The translations under genes were made by a program, and so were the position numbers. Shown piece after piece: positions 27,694 through 37,877 of a stretch of DNA of 64,000 nucleotides (its first letter is position 1; every line of letters begins with the position of its first letter). Source of the stretch: an uncultured Bacteriovoracaceae bacterium (lineage in GTDB: Bacteria; Bdellovibrionota; Bacteriovoracia; Bacteriovoracales; Bacteriovoracaceae); the NCBI GenBank assembly GCA_964012805.1, contig CAXGUD010000002.1:1-64000 (forward strand), written 5' to 3'. Below the pieces are notes generated by a model. The model ran no database searches. It was not told the DNA's origin and saw only the letters and a program-made list of their open reading frames with translations.

Positions 27694-29685
27694 TCAGGGT
27701 GATGGTGTATCAGTATCGTTTCTTTCTTTTGCCTTCTCAATAGTATCGTACTGCAATATTTTATCACTAATATCTTCTACGTTCATCCCAAGATCAGTAT
27801 TATTTTTGGAATCTTTACTTCCGCCTGACTTTTTAAGCCTTTTTTCAAGCTCTTCAAGGGGTTTTTCATCTTCTGAGGGCTTTCTCTTGGGACCTACTGC
27901 TGAGCGAACTCCTTCTTCACCTTCCTCTGACTCGTAAAGTGTGCCCTTGGCCAAGGACTTCATTTCTCTTTTTATGGTTCTGATGTTTGAAATCTTAACT
28001 CTTTCTTTCTCAGTATCTCCTTGGTCTTCTTTTTTAGTAATATCAAGAAAGCCAGAAACAATATTGTTAAAGTGAAGGAGCTCGGTGTACTCCTTCGCTC
28101 GGGACCTAAGACCAACTTCAATCTGCTCAAAAGTCTCCTCGCTTTTCTTAAAGTCAATTTCTAGATCATTTCCTTCAGAAGATTGCACTGATCTTCCTTT
28201 AATCTTTCTATTCATCCGAGAAATAAGGGCCTTTTTTTCATTTTCATACTCTGCTTTCATTTCCTCCTGAATCTTAAGGAGCTGGTCCTCCGTCAAAGAC
28301 TGTTCTGTATTTTTATCAATATACTTATTCTCTTTTAAATATTTTTTTACGGCTTCTTCATCTAAGTTATCAAGCTTTTGTTGAAGTCCATCAAGCCTTG
28401 TTTTATATTCTAAAAAGGCGGCGTCTTCACTTTGAGCCGATTTTCCAATATTGACATAATTTAAACACTCATTAGTTGCTTTGTTTTCCCTACAGTTTTT
28501 CTCTAAATTCTCTGCCATCTTTGCACTTTCTTCTTTGAAGCCTGACTTTTCAAACTCTCCTGAAGTCAAAGAAGTTGCTCCATCAAGGTCTTTTGCTTCT
28601 AAAACTTCGATTCCCGAATCTTTAAATCCGTAACCACCTTTTCCCGATTCTTTATAATCTTTTTCAATATCTTTAACTTTCATGAGAACTCGCCTAAGGC
28701 CTTTAATTGTGCTATTAACAAGGCAAGCGGTATCCGAAGTGTAATCAAAATCTGACTTATTCTGAGTGTCATCTGATCTATCCCCATACCATGTTACAAG
28801 CCTCTTCTTGAGGGCTTCTTTTTCCTCGTCAGTTTCATTTTTATAGAGCTTTTGTTGTCTACAGATATACTTAATTTGTTTGAGGCACTTACTCCAATGC
28901 AAAAAAGCCTTATTAACGTCCTTTTTTTCAGATTCATGAAACTCGTTTAACTTTTTAAGGTTGGCCTTTCTATTTTTCTGAATTAAGTTTTCGGGGTCTA
29001 AATTTTTCTTGTCGTATGGACTGTAGTGTAGAAATCCTTCTGGAGTGGCATTTAAACAATAGGAGGAAATAGAACTTATAATATTTTTACTGATCCTTGT
29101 TTTATAAATCTTATTAAACGAGGCATGGTCGATAAGAACACCTTTCTTTTTTTGCTCTTCGGTCAAATCCTTCAGAAAATGATCCTTTAACTTTTTACTT
29201 AAGTAGTTAGAAAGGGCATTTAAGGCGCTATCTTGGGGCTCCTTTATTTTTTTATCAATACCAACTCCTTCAACACCTATATAAGTTTTTTCTTTGACCT
29301 CCTTTTTTAGAGCTCCGCCTTTTTTGTTGAGACCAAGGTCTATATAGTATTTTTCCTTTTCTTCACCGTTTAGCTTTTTTATTATCTCACTCCCATCGTT
29401 TCCTGTGGCGCCTTCCCAGACACAATTGGCAAGCCTTTCTTTTTCAGCATGGACACCTCTCGTATCGATAAAGTACTTTTGGCAATTTTTAATCCTTTCT
29501 CCAAGGACTTTGTGGTTGGACATTTTTTCAAAAAGTGTTTGTTCGGAAGCCTCTTTACGTTCTTTTAAAAAGCTCCCTTTGGCCGATGGTTGATTTTGTG
29601 AAAAGGCATAGATCGGCCAGATCACTAAGCATATGGCGAGCCCTAACGACAAAAAGTTGTGAGTTAAATATCTCATTTTTTCCAT
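27694..29685 (-). CDS. Secreted hypothetical protein, K/E-rich with several Cys
   Basis: 663-aa ORF with signal peptide. Confidence 0.75.
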   Translation of the reverse strand: MEKMRYLTHNFLSLGLAICLVIWPIYAFSQNQPSAKGSFLKERKEASEQTLFEKMSNHKVLGERIKNCQKYFIDTRGVHAEKERLANCVWEGATGNDGSEIIKKLNGEEKEKYYIDLGLNKKGGALKKEVKEKTYIGVEGVGIDKKIKEPQDSALNALSNYLSKKLKDHFLKDLTEEQKKKGVLIDHASFNKIYKTRISKNIISSISSYCLNATPEGFLHYSPYDKKNLDPENLIQKNRKANLKKLNEFHESEKKDVNKAFLHWSKCLKQIKYICRQQKLYKNETDEEKEALKKRLVTWYGDRSDDTQNKSDFDYTSDTACLVNSTIKGLRRVLMKVKDIEKDYKESGKGGYGFKDSGIEVLEAKDLDGATSLTSGEFEKSGFKEESAKMAENLEKNCRENKATNECLNYVNIGKSAQSEDAAFLEYKTRLDGLQQKLDNLDEEAVKKYLKENKYIDKNTEQSLTEDQLLKIQEEMKAEYENEKKALISRMNRKIKGRSVQSSEGNDLEIDFKKSEETFEQIEVGLRSRAKEYTELLHFNNIVSGFLDITKKEDQGDTEKERVKISNIRTIKREMKSLAKGTLYESEEGEEGVRSAVGPKRKPSEDEKPLEELEKRLKKSGGSKDSKNNTDLGMNVEDISDKILQYDTIEKAKERNDTDTPSP

Positions 29686-29841
29686 TATAAACTAAACCGT
29701 TTTATATGGTCTTTTCGACTAACTCCCCTCCGATATGTAGCTAAATGCCAACTTAAAATGAAAAAAGAAGTTGAATTCGCCCCAATCTAAACAAAATTTA
29801 GTGTAAAATTTGTATGAGGACTAGATTCAGGAGGTACCTAT

Positions 29842-30183
29842 ATGGAAAAAGAAGGTGATTTTTTAGATTCCCAGGACGACTCCCCTAAAAAAAAGGAAGA
29901 TGATGAGTTAGAAGGAAGAAAACTTGTCGACTTGAGCCTTCTTCATAATGTTCCTCTAAATATTGTCGTTGAGCTAGGTCAAACGGAATTGAATGTAAAA
30001 GACCTTTTAACCCTTCATGTGGGTTCAACAATTGAGTTAAACAAGCTTGCTGGGGAGCCATTAGAGTTTATTATCAGTGACAGAATTGCTGCGAAAGGGG
30101 AAGTTGTTGTTCTAAATGAAAAGTTTGCACTAAGGCTTACTGATATCATTGACCCTCTTGTTTCTGAAAGAGAGCAAGCTTAA
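29842..30183 (+). CDS. fliN: Flagellar motor switch protein FliN (SpoA domain), outside a flagellar operon
   Basis: VPLNIVVELG, IELNKLAGEPL, AKGEVVVLNEKFALRLTDI; AGGAGG RBS. Confidence 0.9.
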   Translation: MEKEGDFLDSQDDSPKKKEDDELEGRKLVDLSLLHNVPLNIVVELGQTELNVKDLLTLHVGSTIELNKLAGEPLEFIISDRIAAKGEVVVLNEKFALRLTDIIDPLVSEREQA

Positions 30184-31441
30184 ATTTATCTTCGCTATCG
30201 GATTCACTTAGGGTCAAGCTTCTTATAAGGAGCTCGTCAAACCAGGCCATTTGGCGGTAACCAAAGTGGCCCCCGTGAGGAATGGTTAGCAAATAAGGAG
30301 TGTCGATTAAATCTGTGTCGACTTTGGTATTTATCATGTCATCGTCACTTGAGAGGATTCTAATATTGTCCCTACCCTTTTGAATGGCTTTTTTTATCCA
30401 ATAAGAAATCTTCCTTTCTTGACTGTTTTTGAAATTATCGAAGGCCACCTCATCAACGATATGAAAGGCCTCAGCAAAAGAGAGGTTTTTAAGAAACTCA
30501 GCCCTCTCTTTTCGGGCTTTGGGAAGGAGCTTTCCACCTTTTAAGTCATTGATACTTTCTAAGGCATCATCAATATAGATCCTAAACCCGTAATCAATAA
30601 AAAGCGGTAAAGCTTTTTTTCTTAAGCTTTCCGTAATCTCGGCCTCATCATCAATTTTGCCTAACTCCATATAGGTGATTAAATATTTTGTTAAGCTACC
30701 AAAGCCCTTATCTTTTTTTGCCTTAAAAAGCATTTTGTCAAAGATTTCAATTGATTTAGAAAAATCAAAGGGGGGTGAATAAACATGAAGGCCGCCATTA
30801 AAAAAAACACTGTCCTGGCCTTCGGATACTTCATCATCCAAAGAAAACATTGCGCTTGCGAGAAACCCTCCATAGCTTTGACCAATAAGGGTCACTTGAT
30901 CGTTAACTTTACCTTGCTTAAAAAGTTTAAGGTGAATTTTTTGAACAGCGTCTAAATAAGCTTTTGCTTGGATTTCAATATTAAAAAGGTTAAAAAGAGG
31001 TTCTCTTTTAATTGCTTTATAATAAAAAATGTTTTCAAAAGAGATCACTCTGTACCCTATTCTTACAAGCCTTAAATGAAAATCTTTTGTCATTTGCGAA
31101 AAAACTTTTGAAAAAGTTCCAGGCATATAAACTAAGAGGGGCCTTACTTTATTATCATTTTTAACTTCTCCTAGGAGGTAAGGAATTTTTCCGCTTTTAA
31201 AATATTTAGAAGAAATAAAATGTTTCCTTATTTTTGTTTTACGATTTTTAGGAATAACAAACGAGGGTTTTTCGGTATAAGTCTTCAGTGTTAAGATAAA
31301 AGGATCTTTTATTTTTGAATTAAAAGATTTTATATGAGCTTCTTCTTCTTTGGACCAACTGGCAGCAACCTCTGTTCCTAAAGTTTGGAAAAAAATAGAT
31401 AAAATAATAAATAAAGTGAGTTTGTTAAAAGAAGCTCTTAT
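30146..31441 (-). CDS. Secreted alpha/beta hydrolase; probable start is ATA at 31441 (track start 31126 is internal)
   Basis: GQSYGG nucleophile elbow, GGHFG; frame open upstream to 31477 with signal peptide LTLFIILSIFFQTLGTEVAA. Confidence 0.7.
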   Translation of the reverse strand: MRASFNKLTLFIILSIFFQTLGTEVAASWSKEEEAHIKSFNSKIKDPFILTLKTYTEKPSFVIPKNRKTKIRKHFISSKYFKSGKIPYLLGEVKNDNKVRPLLVYMPGTFSKVFSQMTKDFHLRLVRIGYRVISFENIFYYKAIKREPLFNLFNIEIQAKAYLDAVQKIHLKLFKQGKVNDQVTLIGQSYGGFLASAMFSLDDEVSEGQDSVFFNGGLHVYSPPFDFSKSIEIFDKMLFKAKKDKGFGSLTKYLITYMELGKIDDEAEITESLRKKALPLFIDYGFRIYIDDALESINDLKGGKLLPKARKERAEFLKNLSFAEAFHIVDEVAFDNFKNSQERKISYWIKKAIQKGRDNIRILSSDDDMINTKVDTDLIDTPYLLTIPHGGHFGYRQMAWFDELLIRSLTLSESDSEDKFKLALFQKQEGQ

Positions 31442-31577
31442 TTTTTTTATCCTTATTAACGGATTAACGTTCCGGCTTTAACTCTTTTTGTTCTTTAGTT
31501 TTAATCAAATTTGTTATTATTTTCTACTCACGGTCATAAATTTTGGTGTAGGAATATACGAAGTTTAGAGCTTTAGT

Positions 31578-31607
31578 AAAAAAAGGGCCACGCCTAGGTG
31601 ACCCCTT
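31578..31607 (-). terminator. Probable intrinsic terminator
   Basis: GGGCCAC/GTGACCC stem with A-run on + (U-tail on -) downstream of the 31633 stop. Confidence 0.6.
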
Positions 31608-31632
31608 AAAGAAACTCTTATCTGATATAGTG

Positions 31633-32298
31633 TTAGAGTGTCTGTCCTAAATATTTAATAATCTCTCTCTTATTCGCGAGGTAATGTCTAATCTTTGTAA
31701 GCCTTTTCTTTTTACCCTTTCTTACGATACTTCCATTACAAAGAGTTCCGTCCATATCAGCTTTTACAATCATATCAGCAACTAAAGAGCGAGAAGCGTT
31801 TAAGCCTTTATTCCTTCTATTTACGCTTTTTGTAAACCTCTTTAAGCTTTTTCCTCTTCCATCTCTAGCGTTAGAAATAACTTTCATAAGGTATCTATTT
31901 TGAATGAGCTGAGTTATTGCATAAGTTTGGTAACCAACAAAAGTCGCTGCGCCAGCTCCACCTAAAGCAACTCCACCAATTGAACCAGCAACTACAGCAC
32001 CCAAAGGACCTGCTAAATAGCCTCCGGCCACGACACCTGTACCCACGCCAGCTGCAGTTGTAGCTGCTGTGCCAGTAACTCCTGCAAGAGGACCAAAGCC
32101 GGTCATCTTGGCAAGTTGTCTATGCCTCGCTAGATACTCATCAAGACAAGTTTCTTTTGCATTAAGGGATCCGTCTTTAAGGAGGTTTTTAACACTTTTA
32201 ACAATCTTTTTACTTCCAATAGTAACTTCACCTTGAACTCTCGCCAAAGCTGTAGAGCCTAAACCTAATGCCATCAACAAAACAATAAATTTTTTCAT
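31633..32298 (-). CDS. Secreted glycine-zipper protein with basic C-terminus
   Basis: MKK signal peptide; ~55-aa G/A/V-rich GxxxG stretch. Confidence 0.8.
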   Translation of the reverse strand: MKKFIVLLMALGLGSTALARVQGEVTIGSKKIVKSVKNLLKDGSLNAKETCLDEYLARHRQLAKMTGFGPLAGVTGTAATTAAGVGTGVVAGGYLAGPLGAVVAGSIGGVALGGAGAATFVGYQTYAITQLIQNRYLMKVISNARDGRGKSLKRFTKSVNRRNKGLNASRSLVADMIVKADMDGTLCNGSIVRKGKKKRLTKIRHYLANKREIIKYLGQTL

Positions 32299-32387
32299 GT
32301 TAATCCCCTTAAAAAAAATTAATTAAAATCTTGAAGAAAAAAAATATAGAACTTCATGTTTGCAGTCAATAGTTTTAACTAACGAAA

Positions 32388-33239
32388 TCATATTTGAACT
32401 GTAAAAGCTAAGTTTAAAATTTTCTTAATAGACTCAGGGTCCGTTTCGTTAAACTCTGCTACCTGTGAAATAATTTCATCTTTTTCTCTTTCTGAGCCAT
32501 CAGCATAGGACTTTTTCAAAAAAGAAAAAGGGACACCAAAAAGAGTAAGAGATAAATTTTTCATATCCTCTTCTCTAAGAGATCTTTTTGCCCGAATCTT
32601 TTTAATATTAATTAATATCCTTGAGACATCCACAGACCTCTTTTCAGAGAGACCAAACTGATTAATAAGGATAGATTGAAATACCTCTTCCTTAGATTTC
32701 TCTAAAAGGGCACCCCATTTTTCTAAGTCCTTACTAAGATATGTATCTTCTTCAAACATCAGACCATTTTGTGCCTTATACACGGTCATCTTAACTTTTT
32801 TATCATAGGTTTCCCAGTGACCCTCTTCAATCCAAACGGGCGACTCTACATATCCTCCGGATTCTTCATCATAAACCCATTCATGGCCGTAGTGTGAGGT
32901 ATCTACCCATTCAGTAACACTTTGATTAACTTCTTCAATACCTTTTTCTAAATTAGTTACCTTTCCTTCAGGCGGCAAAGAGTCTAAATACTTTTTAAAT
33001 TCATTTTGATTCATGGATGAACTATAGCCGGATAAATTATAAGCTGTGTAGGCACCGGTTTGCTGATTTTTTACCACAACAAATCCCTCTTGAAGGGTGT
33101 CTTGTTTTACAATCTTATACTCAACACCATGGACGTTACTCAAGGAATCTGCGAAGTTTTTATTGTCTTCTTTTATACAAGAAATAAAAAGTAAAAAAAA
33201 TAAAGGAAAAAAGTAGTGCTTCATAGAAGGCCTCCACAA
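32388..33239 (-). CDS. Hypothetical lipoprotein
   Basis: LFISC lipobox; WxxGxW-like insert; C-terminal domain shared with 58734..59771; likely start MKHYFF. Confidence 0.75.
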   Translation of the reverse strand: MWRPSMKHYFFPLFFLLFISCIKEDNKNFADSLSNVHGVEYKIVKQDTLQEGFVVVKNQQTGAYTAYNLSGYSSSMNQNEFKKYLDSLPPEGKVTNLEKGIEEVNQSVTEWVDTSHYGHEWVYDEESGGYVESPVWIEEGHWETYDKKVKMTVYKAQNGLMFEEDTYLSKDLEKWGALLEKSKEEVFQSILINQFGLSEKRSVDVSRILINIKKIRAKRSLREEDMKNLSLTLFGVPFSFLKKSYADGSEREKDEIISQVAEFNETDPESIKKILNLAFTVQI

Positions 33240-33411
33240 ACTTTTTGAGAGACTTAATTTTTTTTAGTCTCATTAGGGAGATCTATTTAATCACTTTTTT
33301 TTTTTTAATGGAATATCTTTTTCCTTAAACTTGATTCTCTAGAATAGAAGACTCTTTGAGAAAAAAATTTAGTAAGTTCTTAAATAAGGAATCTAAAAGG
33401 AAAAAAAGGAC

Positions 33412-33444
33412 AAAAAAAACCCCAGAAACTATGCTGGGGTTTTT
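33412..33444 (-). terminator. Intrinsic terminator after the RRM gene
   Basis: AAAAACCCCAG-8 nt-CTGGGGTTTTT. Confidence 0.8.
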
Positions 33445-33486
33445 ATTCTCTTTTTTGAAAGTTACTGCACTAACAAATAAAGTGGA

Positions 33487-33777
33487 TTATCTCCATCTTT
33501 GGTTGCTATTAAAGTTTCTTTCTCTTTTTGGTCTGTCTTGTGCAATATTAACCTTAAGGTTTCTTCCACCAAGGTCTGTACCGTCTAGCCCTTCGATAGC
33601 CGCTTGAGCAGCATCTGCGCTTTCCATTTCAACAAAGGAGAAGCCTTTACTTCTTCCAGTGTCTCTGTCTTTGATAATTTTTACAGAAAGAACCTCTCCG
33701 TAATTTGCAAAAACAGTTTCAAGTTCTTTTTCTTCGATTGCCCAAGCAAGATTTCCTACGTAAAGCTTTGAATTCAT
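33487..33777 (-). CDS. RRM (RNP-1) RNA-binding protein
   Basis: LYVGNL (RNP2), KGFSFVEM (RNP1). Confidence 0.95.
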   Translation of the reverse strand: MNSKLYVGNLAWAIEEKELETVFANYGEVLSVKIIKDRDTGRSKGFSFVEMESADAAQAAIEGLDGTDLGGRNLKVNIAQDRPKRERNFNSNQRWR

Positions 33778-33940
33778 TCGTAACCTCTAAATCTAAATAT
33801 CAATAAAATTGCCGGCCTTTAAAAAGCCTAAAGCATTGATAGCATAAATGTTTTTTTTTTAAAACACCAAGAGTTTTTTTTTCCTTACCTTTTGCGAAAA
33901 AGAGTAAAAAATTCAGCTTTAAAACGCAAAGCATTGCGCT

Positions 33941-34912
33941 TTATAGGGTTTTTTTAGGCAAAGAACGCCAAAATTCCCAAAACTTAAGAACACATAAATC
34001 TTGTTGAGGGTGGAGAGACCTCAAGTCAGGCTCCATCTCTTCAACAATCACTTCGTCGGGCTTTAAAAATGCCATTCCTAAATAAGTTGTTAATTTTAGC
34101 CTAAGTCTTTGAAATAAATCGTTTAATAGCCCACCTTCCGCCTTATTTGTTACTGCGGTAAGAAAAAAGGTGCTATTTTGAGTATCTCTCGGAACAGAAG
34201 TTATAAGGATATTATCCTTAGTCTTTTTATTCGTAATAATTAAAAAGTTCCCACCCCAGCAATCAAGCACCACATCAACAACCCTTACACCAAAAAATTT
34301 TACCGCAATATCATAAAACCTTTCAACAAGGACTTTCATCGAAAATGATGCTCTTAAATGATAAGGAGAATCGGAACCCATTATTGGCGGAGCGATGATT
34401 TCTCTATTATGGATACAGGTAAGGTGGTGGGTATCAAAGCCATTAAAAAGTAATGAAGAATAAGGTGTTTTTAAATTTTTTCTTAAGGCCATACTAAAAG
34501 CCGCTTCTCCTTTAACTCTCGGAAAAACAGGAAAGTCAAAAAGAGGCCTTTGACCTAAGTACATAAAAATGAGGCCAAACTTTTCTACAGCAGGGTAACT
34601 TTTTAAACCAGGCCCTTTAAAGTCTTCGTTTAGCCCTGGTACCTTTAAACACTCACCTTTTTTTCCATAAGTCCGGTGGTGAAAAGGACACCTCAACTCG
34701 CCGTCAATGACGGCCCCTTTGGATAAATCTGTTCCCATATGAGGACAGAACCGTGAGACAACCGTGGGAGCGCCATCTTCATTTCTAAAAAGGACAAGCT
34801 TATCATCAAAGACCTCAATAAGTTGGGGGACACCCTTTTTTAATTCTTTCGAGTAGCAAAGGGGATACCAAGACTCGGGATAGGATGATTTTTTTTTTAA
34901 ACTCATTGCCAC
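33941..34912 (-). CDS. Rieske [2Fe-2S] non-heme iron oxygenase
   Basis: CPH-x16-CPFH Rieske ligands; NGFDTHHLTCIH mononuclear iron motif. Confidence 0.88.
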   Translation of the reverse strand: MAMSLKKKSSYPESWYPLCYSKELKKGVPQLIEVFDDKLVLFRNEDGAPTVVSRFCPHMGTDLSKGAVIDGELRCPFHHRTYGKKGECLKVPGLNEDFKGPGLKSYPAVEKFGLIFMYLGQRPLFDFPVFPRVKGEAAFSMALRKNLKTPYSSLLFNGFDTHHLTCIHNREIIAPPIMGSDSPYHLRASFSMKVLVERFYDIAVKFFGVRVVDVVLDCWGGNFLIITNKKTKDNILITSVPRDTQNSTFFLTAVTNKAEGGLLNDLFQRLRLKLTTYLGMAFLKPDEVIVEEMEPDLRSLHPQQDLCVLKFWEFWRSLPKKTL

Positions 34913-34930
34913 TCCCTCCTCTACTGTCCT

Positions 34931-36382
34931 TTAAACCAACTCAAAGTTTTTATAAGTTGGTAAAATGTCTTTAATATTATCGAGGCGTGAGTTTAACAAA
35001 ATGTCTTTGTTTTCGTGTTTAGGACCACTTGGGTAAAGGTGATTAAACCGACCAAAGGCCATACCATGCTTCTCATCGTTTTCAGATGCATATATAGGAT
35101 TATACTTCCAATAGAGGTACATATTGGCCAAGCTCCTCCAGTGTGTTTTAAAATCAAAAAACCTTTGAATAACACTCCCCATAGAGTTCCACTGGTCACG
35201 GCAATCCAAGCAAGCTTGAGTCAGCTCTTCTGGCGTCATATTTTTTGGTTTAAAAGCTGCATGGTTAAAACGGTACTCTGGGTGAAGCCACCACTTTCCA
35301 TCAAAAAGCAATCGGTCTTCTTTTTGAAGTTGCCTGTAAAGGGGCGTATTAGGGTAAGGCATTAAAATATTAAAAGCAGCAAAGCAAAATTTATTAGCAA
35401 TAGCGTAATCGACAGTTTCTTTAATTGAATCAAGAGTGTCGTGGTCATAGCCAAGCGTAAAAGCGGCCCAGGTCTGGATGCCATAATCTCTCAAAACTTC
35501 GATTTCTTTTGAATACTGATGAAATCTGGCCCCTTTCGCGTTAGGGGCTTTTTTAACCTGCTTCATATTATTGGGGTTAATCGTCTCAAAACCAATGACA
35601 TTCCCAAGGCACCCACTTTTAACAAGAAGACCCATAAGCTCTTTGTCTCTTGTCATATCCATACTACCCTGACTTACCCAATTAATTTTTAAAGGAATAA
35701 GGGCCCGGCAAAGCTCTTTTAAAGCTTCAAAGTCAGCACAAATATTGTCATCAACAAAGAAAAACATTTTTTTACCAGACTCTTTCATCTCTTGAATAAC
35801 TTGAGAAAGGTCCCTGGTGAATTGCTGCCTATCAAAAAAGACGCTGATCGCGCAAAAGCTACAAGTGAACTTACAGCCTCTTCCAAACTGAATAAGGCCA
35901 ATGTCTAAATAACCCTTCCCTTTAAAAATATCTCTTTTAGGAAAATACTTATTGGCCTGAGGAGCTCCGACTTGCGATTTGTAATGCTTTTTTAACTTAC
36001 CGGTCGTTTTAAAATCGTGAATAACTTCCTGCCACATCCACCCCGCATCTCCCGTTAAAATAGAGTCGCAATAAAGGGACACCTCTTCAGGAACAAGAGT
36101 TGGGTGAAAGCCTCCCATAATGACAGGAATTCCACGACGCCTATACTCAGCAGCGATCTCGTAAGAGCGCCTGGCCGTATAAACCTCAACTGTTATTCCC
36201 ACAAGGTCTGTCGGCTCATCAAAAGGAATTTCTTCCATACGGTCATCGTACATAATCACATCGACGTCTTCTGGAGTCATGCCCGCTAAAACACCAAGCT
36301 GAAGGGGCTCCATCCTTCCTTTATCAATATAAAGATGGTCTTCTTGCCTTCCAATATTAGGCTTAATTAAAGTGAGTTTCAT
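34931..36382 (-). CDS. B12-binding radical SAM protein
   Basis: MEPL, MGGFHPT cobalamin-binding domain; GRGCKFTCSFC; FFVDDN; PYPNTPLY. Confidence 0.92.
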   Translation of the reverse strand: MKLTLIKPNIGRQEDHLYIDKGRMEPLQLGVLAGMTPEDVDVIMYDDRMEEIPFDEPTDLVGITVEVYTARRSYEIAAEYRRRGIPVIMGGFHPTLVPEEVSLYCDSILTGDAGWMWQEVIHDFKTTGKLKKHYKSQVGAPQANKYFPKRDIFKGKGYLDIGLIQFGRGCKFTCSFCAISVFFDRQQFTRDLSQVIQEMKESGKKMFFFVDDNICADFEALKELCRALIPLKINWVSQGSMDMTRDKELMGLLVKSGCLGNVIGFETINPNNMKQVKKAPNAKGARFHQYSKEIEVLRDYGIQTWAAFTLGYDHDTLDSIKETVDYAIANKFCFAAFNILMPYPNTPLYRQLQKEDRLLFDGKWWLHPEYRFNHAAFKPKNMTPEELTQACLDCRDQWNSMGSVIQRFFDFKTHWRSLANMYLYWKYNPIYASENDEKHGMAFGRFNHLYPSGPKHENKDILLNSRLDNIKDILPTYKNFELV

Positions 36383-37722
36383 ATTGACCTCGGTTTTTGA
36401 ATAAAAAAAGATTTATCCTGGTCCGCTAAATCTCTTCCCTGCTTCTTTCTGATCTCTCTTTTAGAAATAAGGTTAGACGCCAAAAACATAGCTGCGTGAT
36501 AGGGAGAACTAAAATTGGCCTTAAGATCTAGACTTCTTTTAAAAATATTAGAAAAACTATTAAACTCAGTCCTTGCCTTAAAACACCCCTCTGTTAATTC
36601 CGCTGGGGTCATATTTTTTGGGATAAATTGGGCCTGCCCATATTTAAAGTCAGGGTCCAGCCACCAAGGGTCGTTAATAAGACGGCCCTCTTTTTTAAGC
36701 CGATCATATAGAGGAGCACCAGGAGTTGGCGTCAAAGGGTTAAAGTTCGCTAAATAGAATTTTGACTCTAAAGCAAACTCTAAATTGTATTTAAAGCTAT
36801 CCAAAGTATCATGGTCATAGCCATGAACAAACGTTCCATAAACCATAATGCCATGATCCCTAAACTTCTTTATGGCATCGGTGTAAGTTCCATAACGGAG
36901 GTTCCAGCCCTTTTTCATTTGAATAAGGCTTTTTATATCCATGGACTCAAAGCCAACGACAACGCTAAGACACCCACTCTTTTGCATGAGGTCCATCAAC
37001 TCATCATCTTGAGTCACATCAATACTGACTTGACCAGACCATCTAACATTGAGAGGAATAAGCGCCCTAAAAAACTCCATCGCCTGCTTTTTATAGCTAA
37101 AAATATTATCATCAACGATAAATATATGCTTAAAACGCAGCTCTTCAATTTCTCTCACCACGTCTTTGATAGGTCTTTGACCTAGATAAGACCCGTAGAA
37201 GGTCTTGATAGAACAGAAGTCACAGTTAAACCTGCACCCTCTACCATATTGAACGAGATGAATGGGAGCATATCTTTTCCCTTTAAAAATAGACCTGTCA
37301 GGCCTGATTCCTTCAAGAGAACTTAGGTTATTGGAGCGGTAAATTTTTTGGAGTTTGCCTTTTTTAAAATCGTGAATAAGTTTTGGCCAGAGTTCTTCAG
37401 CGTCCCCAGACACAATACAATCAGCGTAGAGAAGAGACTCTTCAGGAACGAAAGTCGGGTGGTAACCTCCCATAACAACCTTCACGCCTCTTTTTTTATA
37501 CTCCGTCGCTATTTCGTAGGCCCTTCTGGCCGTGTAGGTTTCAACCGTAATGGCAACAAGGTCCGTTTCCTCATCGTAAGGAATATCTTCAATCCTATTA
37601 TCGTAGAACTTGTGCTCAACAAAAGGAGGGGAATAACTAGCAAGGAGGGCAAATGCCAATGGTTCCATTGCATCACTGTTTCTATGGGGTCCCATGGAGG
37701 GTCTTATAAACGTTACTTTCAT
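36379..37722 (-). CDS. B12-binding radical SAM protein (paralog of the neighbour)
   Basis: MEPL, MGGYHPT, GDAE; GRGCRFNCDFC; IVDDN; PTPGAPLY; ATGA overlap with next gene. Confidence 0.92.
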   Translation of the reverse strand: MKVTFIRPSMGPHRNSDAMEPLAFALLASYSPPFVEHKFYDNRIEDIPYDEETDLVAITVETYTARRAYEIATEYKKRGVKVVMGGYHPTFVPEESLLYADCIVSGDAEELWPKLIHDFKKGKLQKIYRSNNLSSLEGIRPDRSIFKGKRYAPIHLVQYGRGCRFNCDFCSIKTFYGSYLGQRPIKDVVREIEELRFKHIFIVDDNIFSYKKQAMEFFRALIPLNVRWSGQVSIDVTQDDELMDLMQKSGCLSVVVGFESMDIKSLIQMKKGWNLRYGTYTDAIKKFRDHGIMVYGTFVHGYDHDTLDSFKYNLEFALESKFYLANFNPLTPTPGAPLYDRLKKEGRLINDPWWLDPDFKYGQAQFIPKNMTPAELTEGCFKARTEFNSFSNIFKRSLDLKANFSSPYHAAMFLASNLISKREIRKKQGRDLADQDKSFFIQKPRSI

Positions 37723-37877
37723 GAAATTCTTATTCCACTCCTTGCCTAAGAGCGCAAAAGGAAATTATTTTTTTCAAAAAAAACAATAAATTAACTTTAA
37801 AAAGTGCCTAAACTCATGAAATATTTATAACCCCTTAAGGTTCAATTTCATTTTAATTTTTAAAAAGGACTTTCACT

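Noticed and set aside
33295..33882. Poly-T runs (T12 at 33295, T10 at 33851, T9 at 33874) as phase-variation switches
   Set aside because: Intergenic homopolymers are common at this AT content; no evidence of variation
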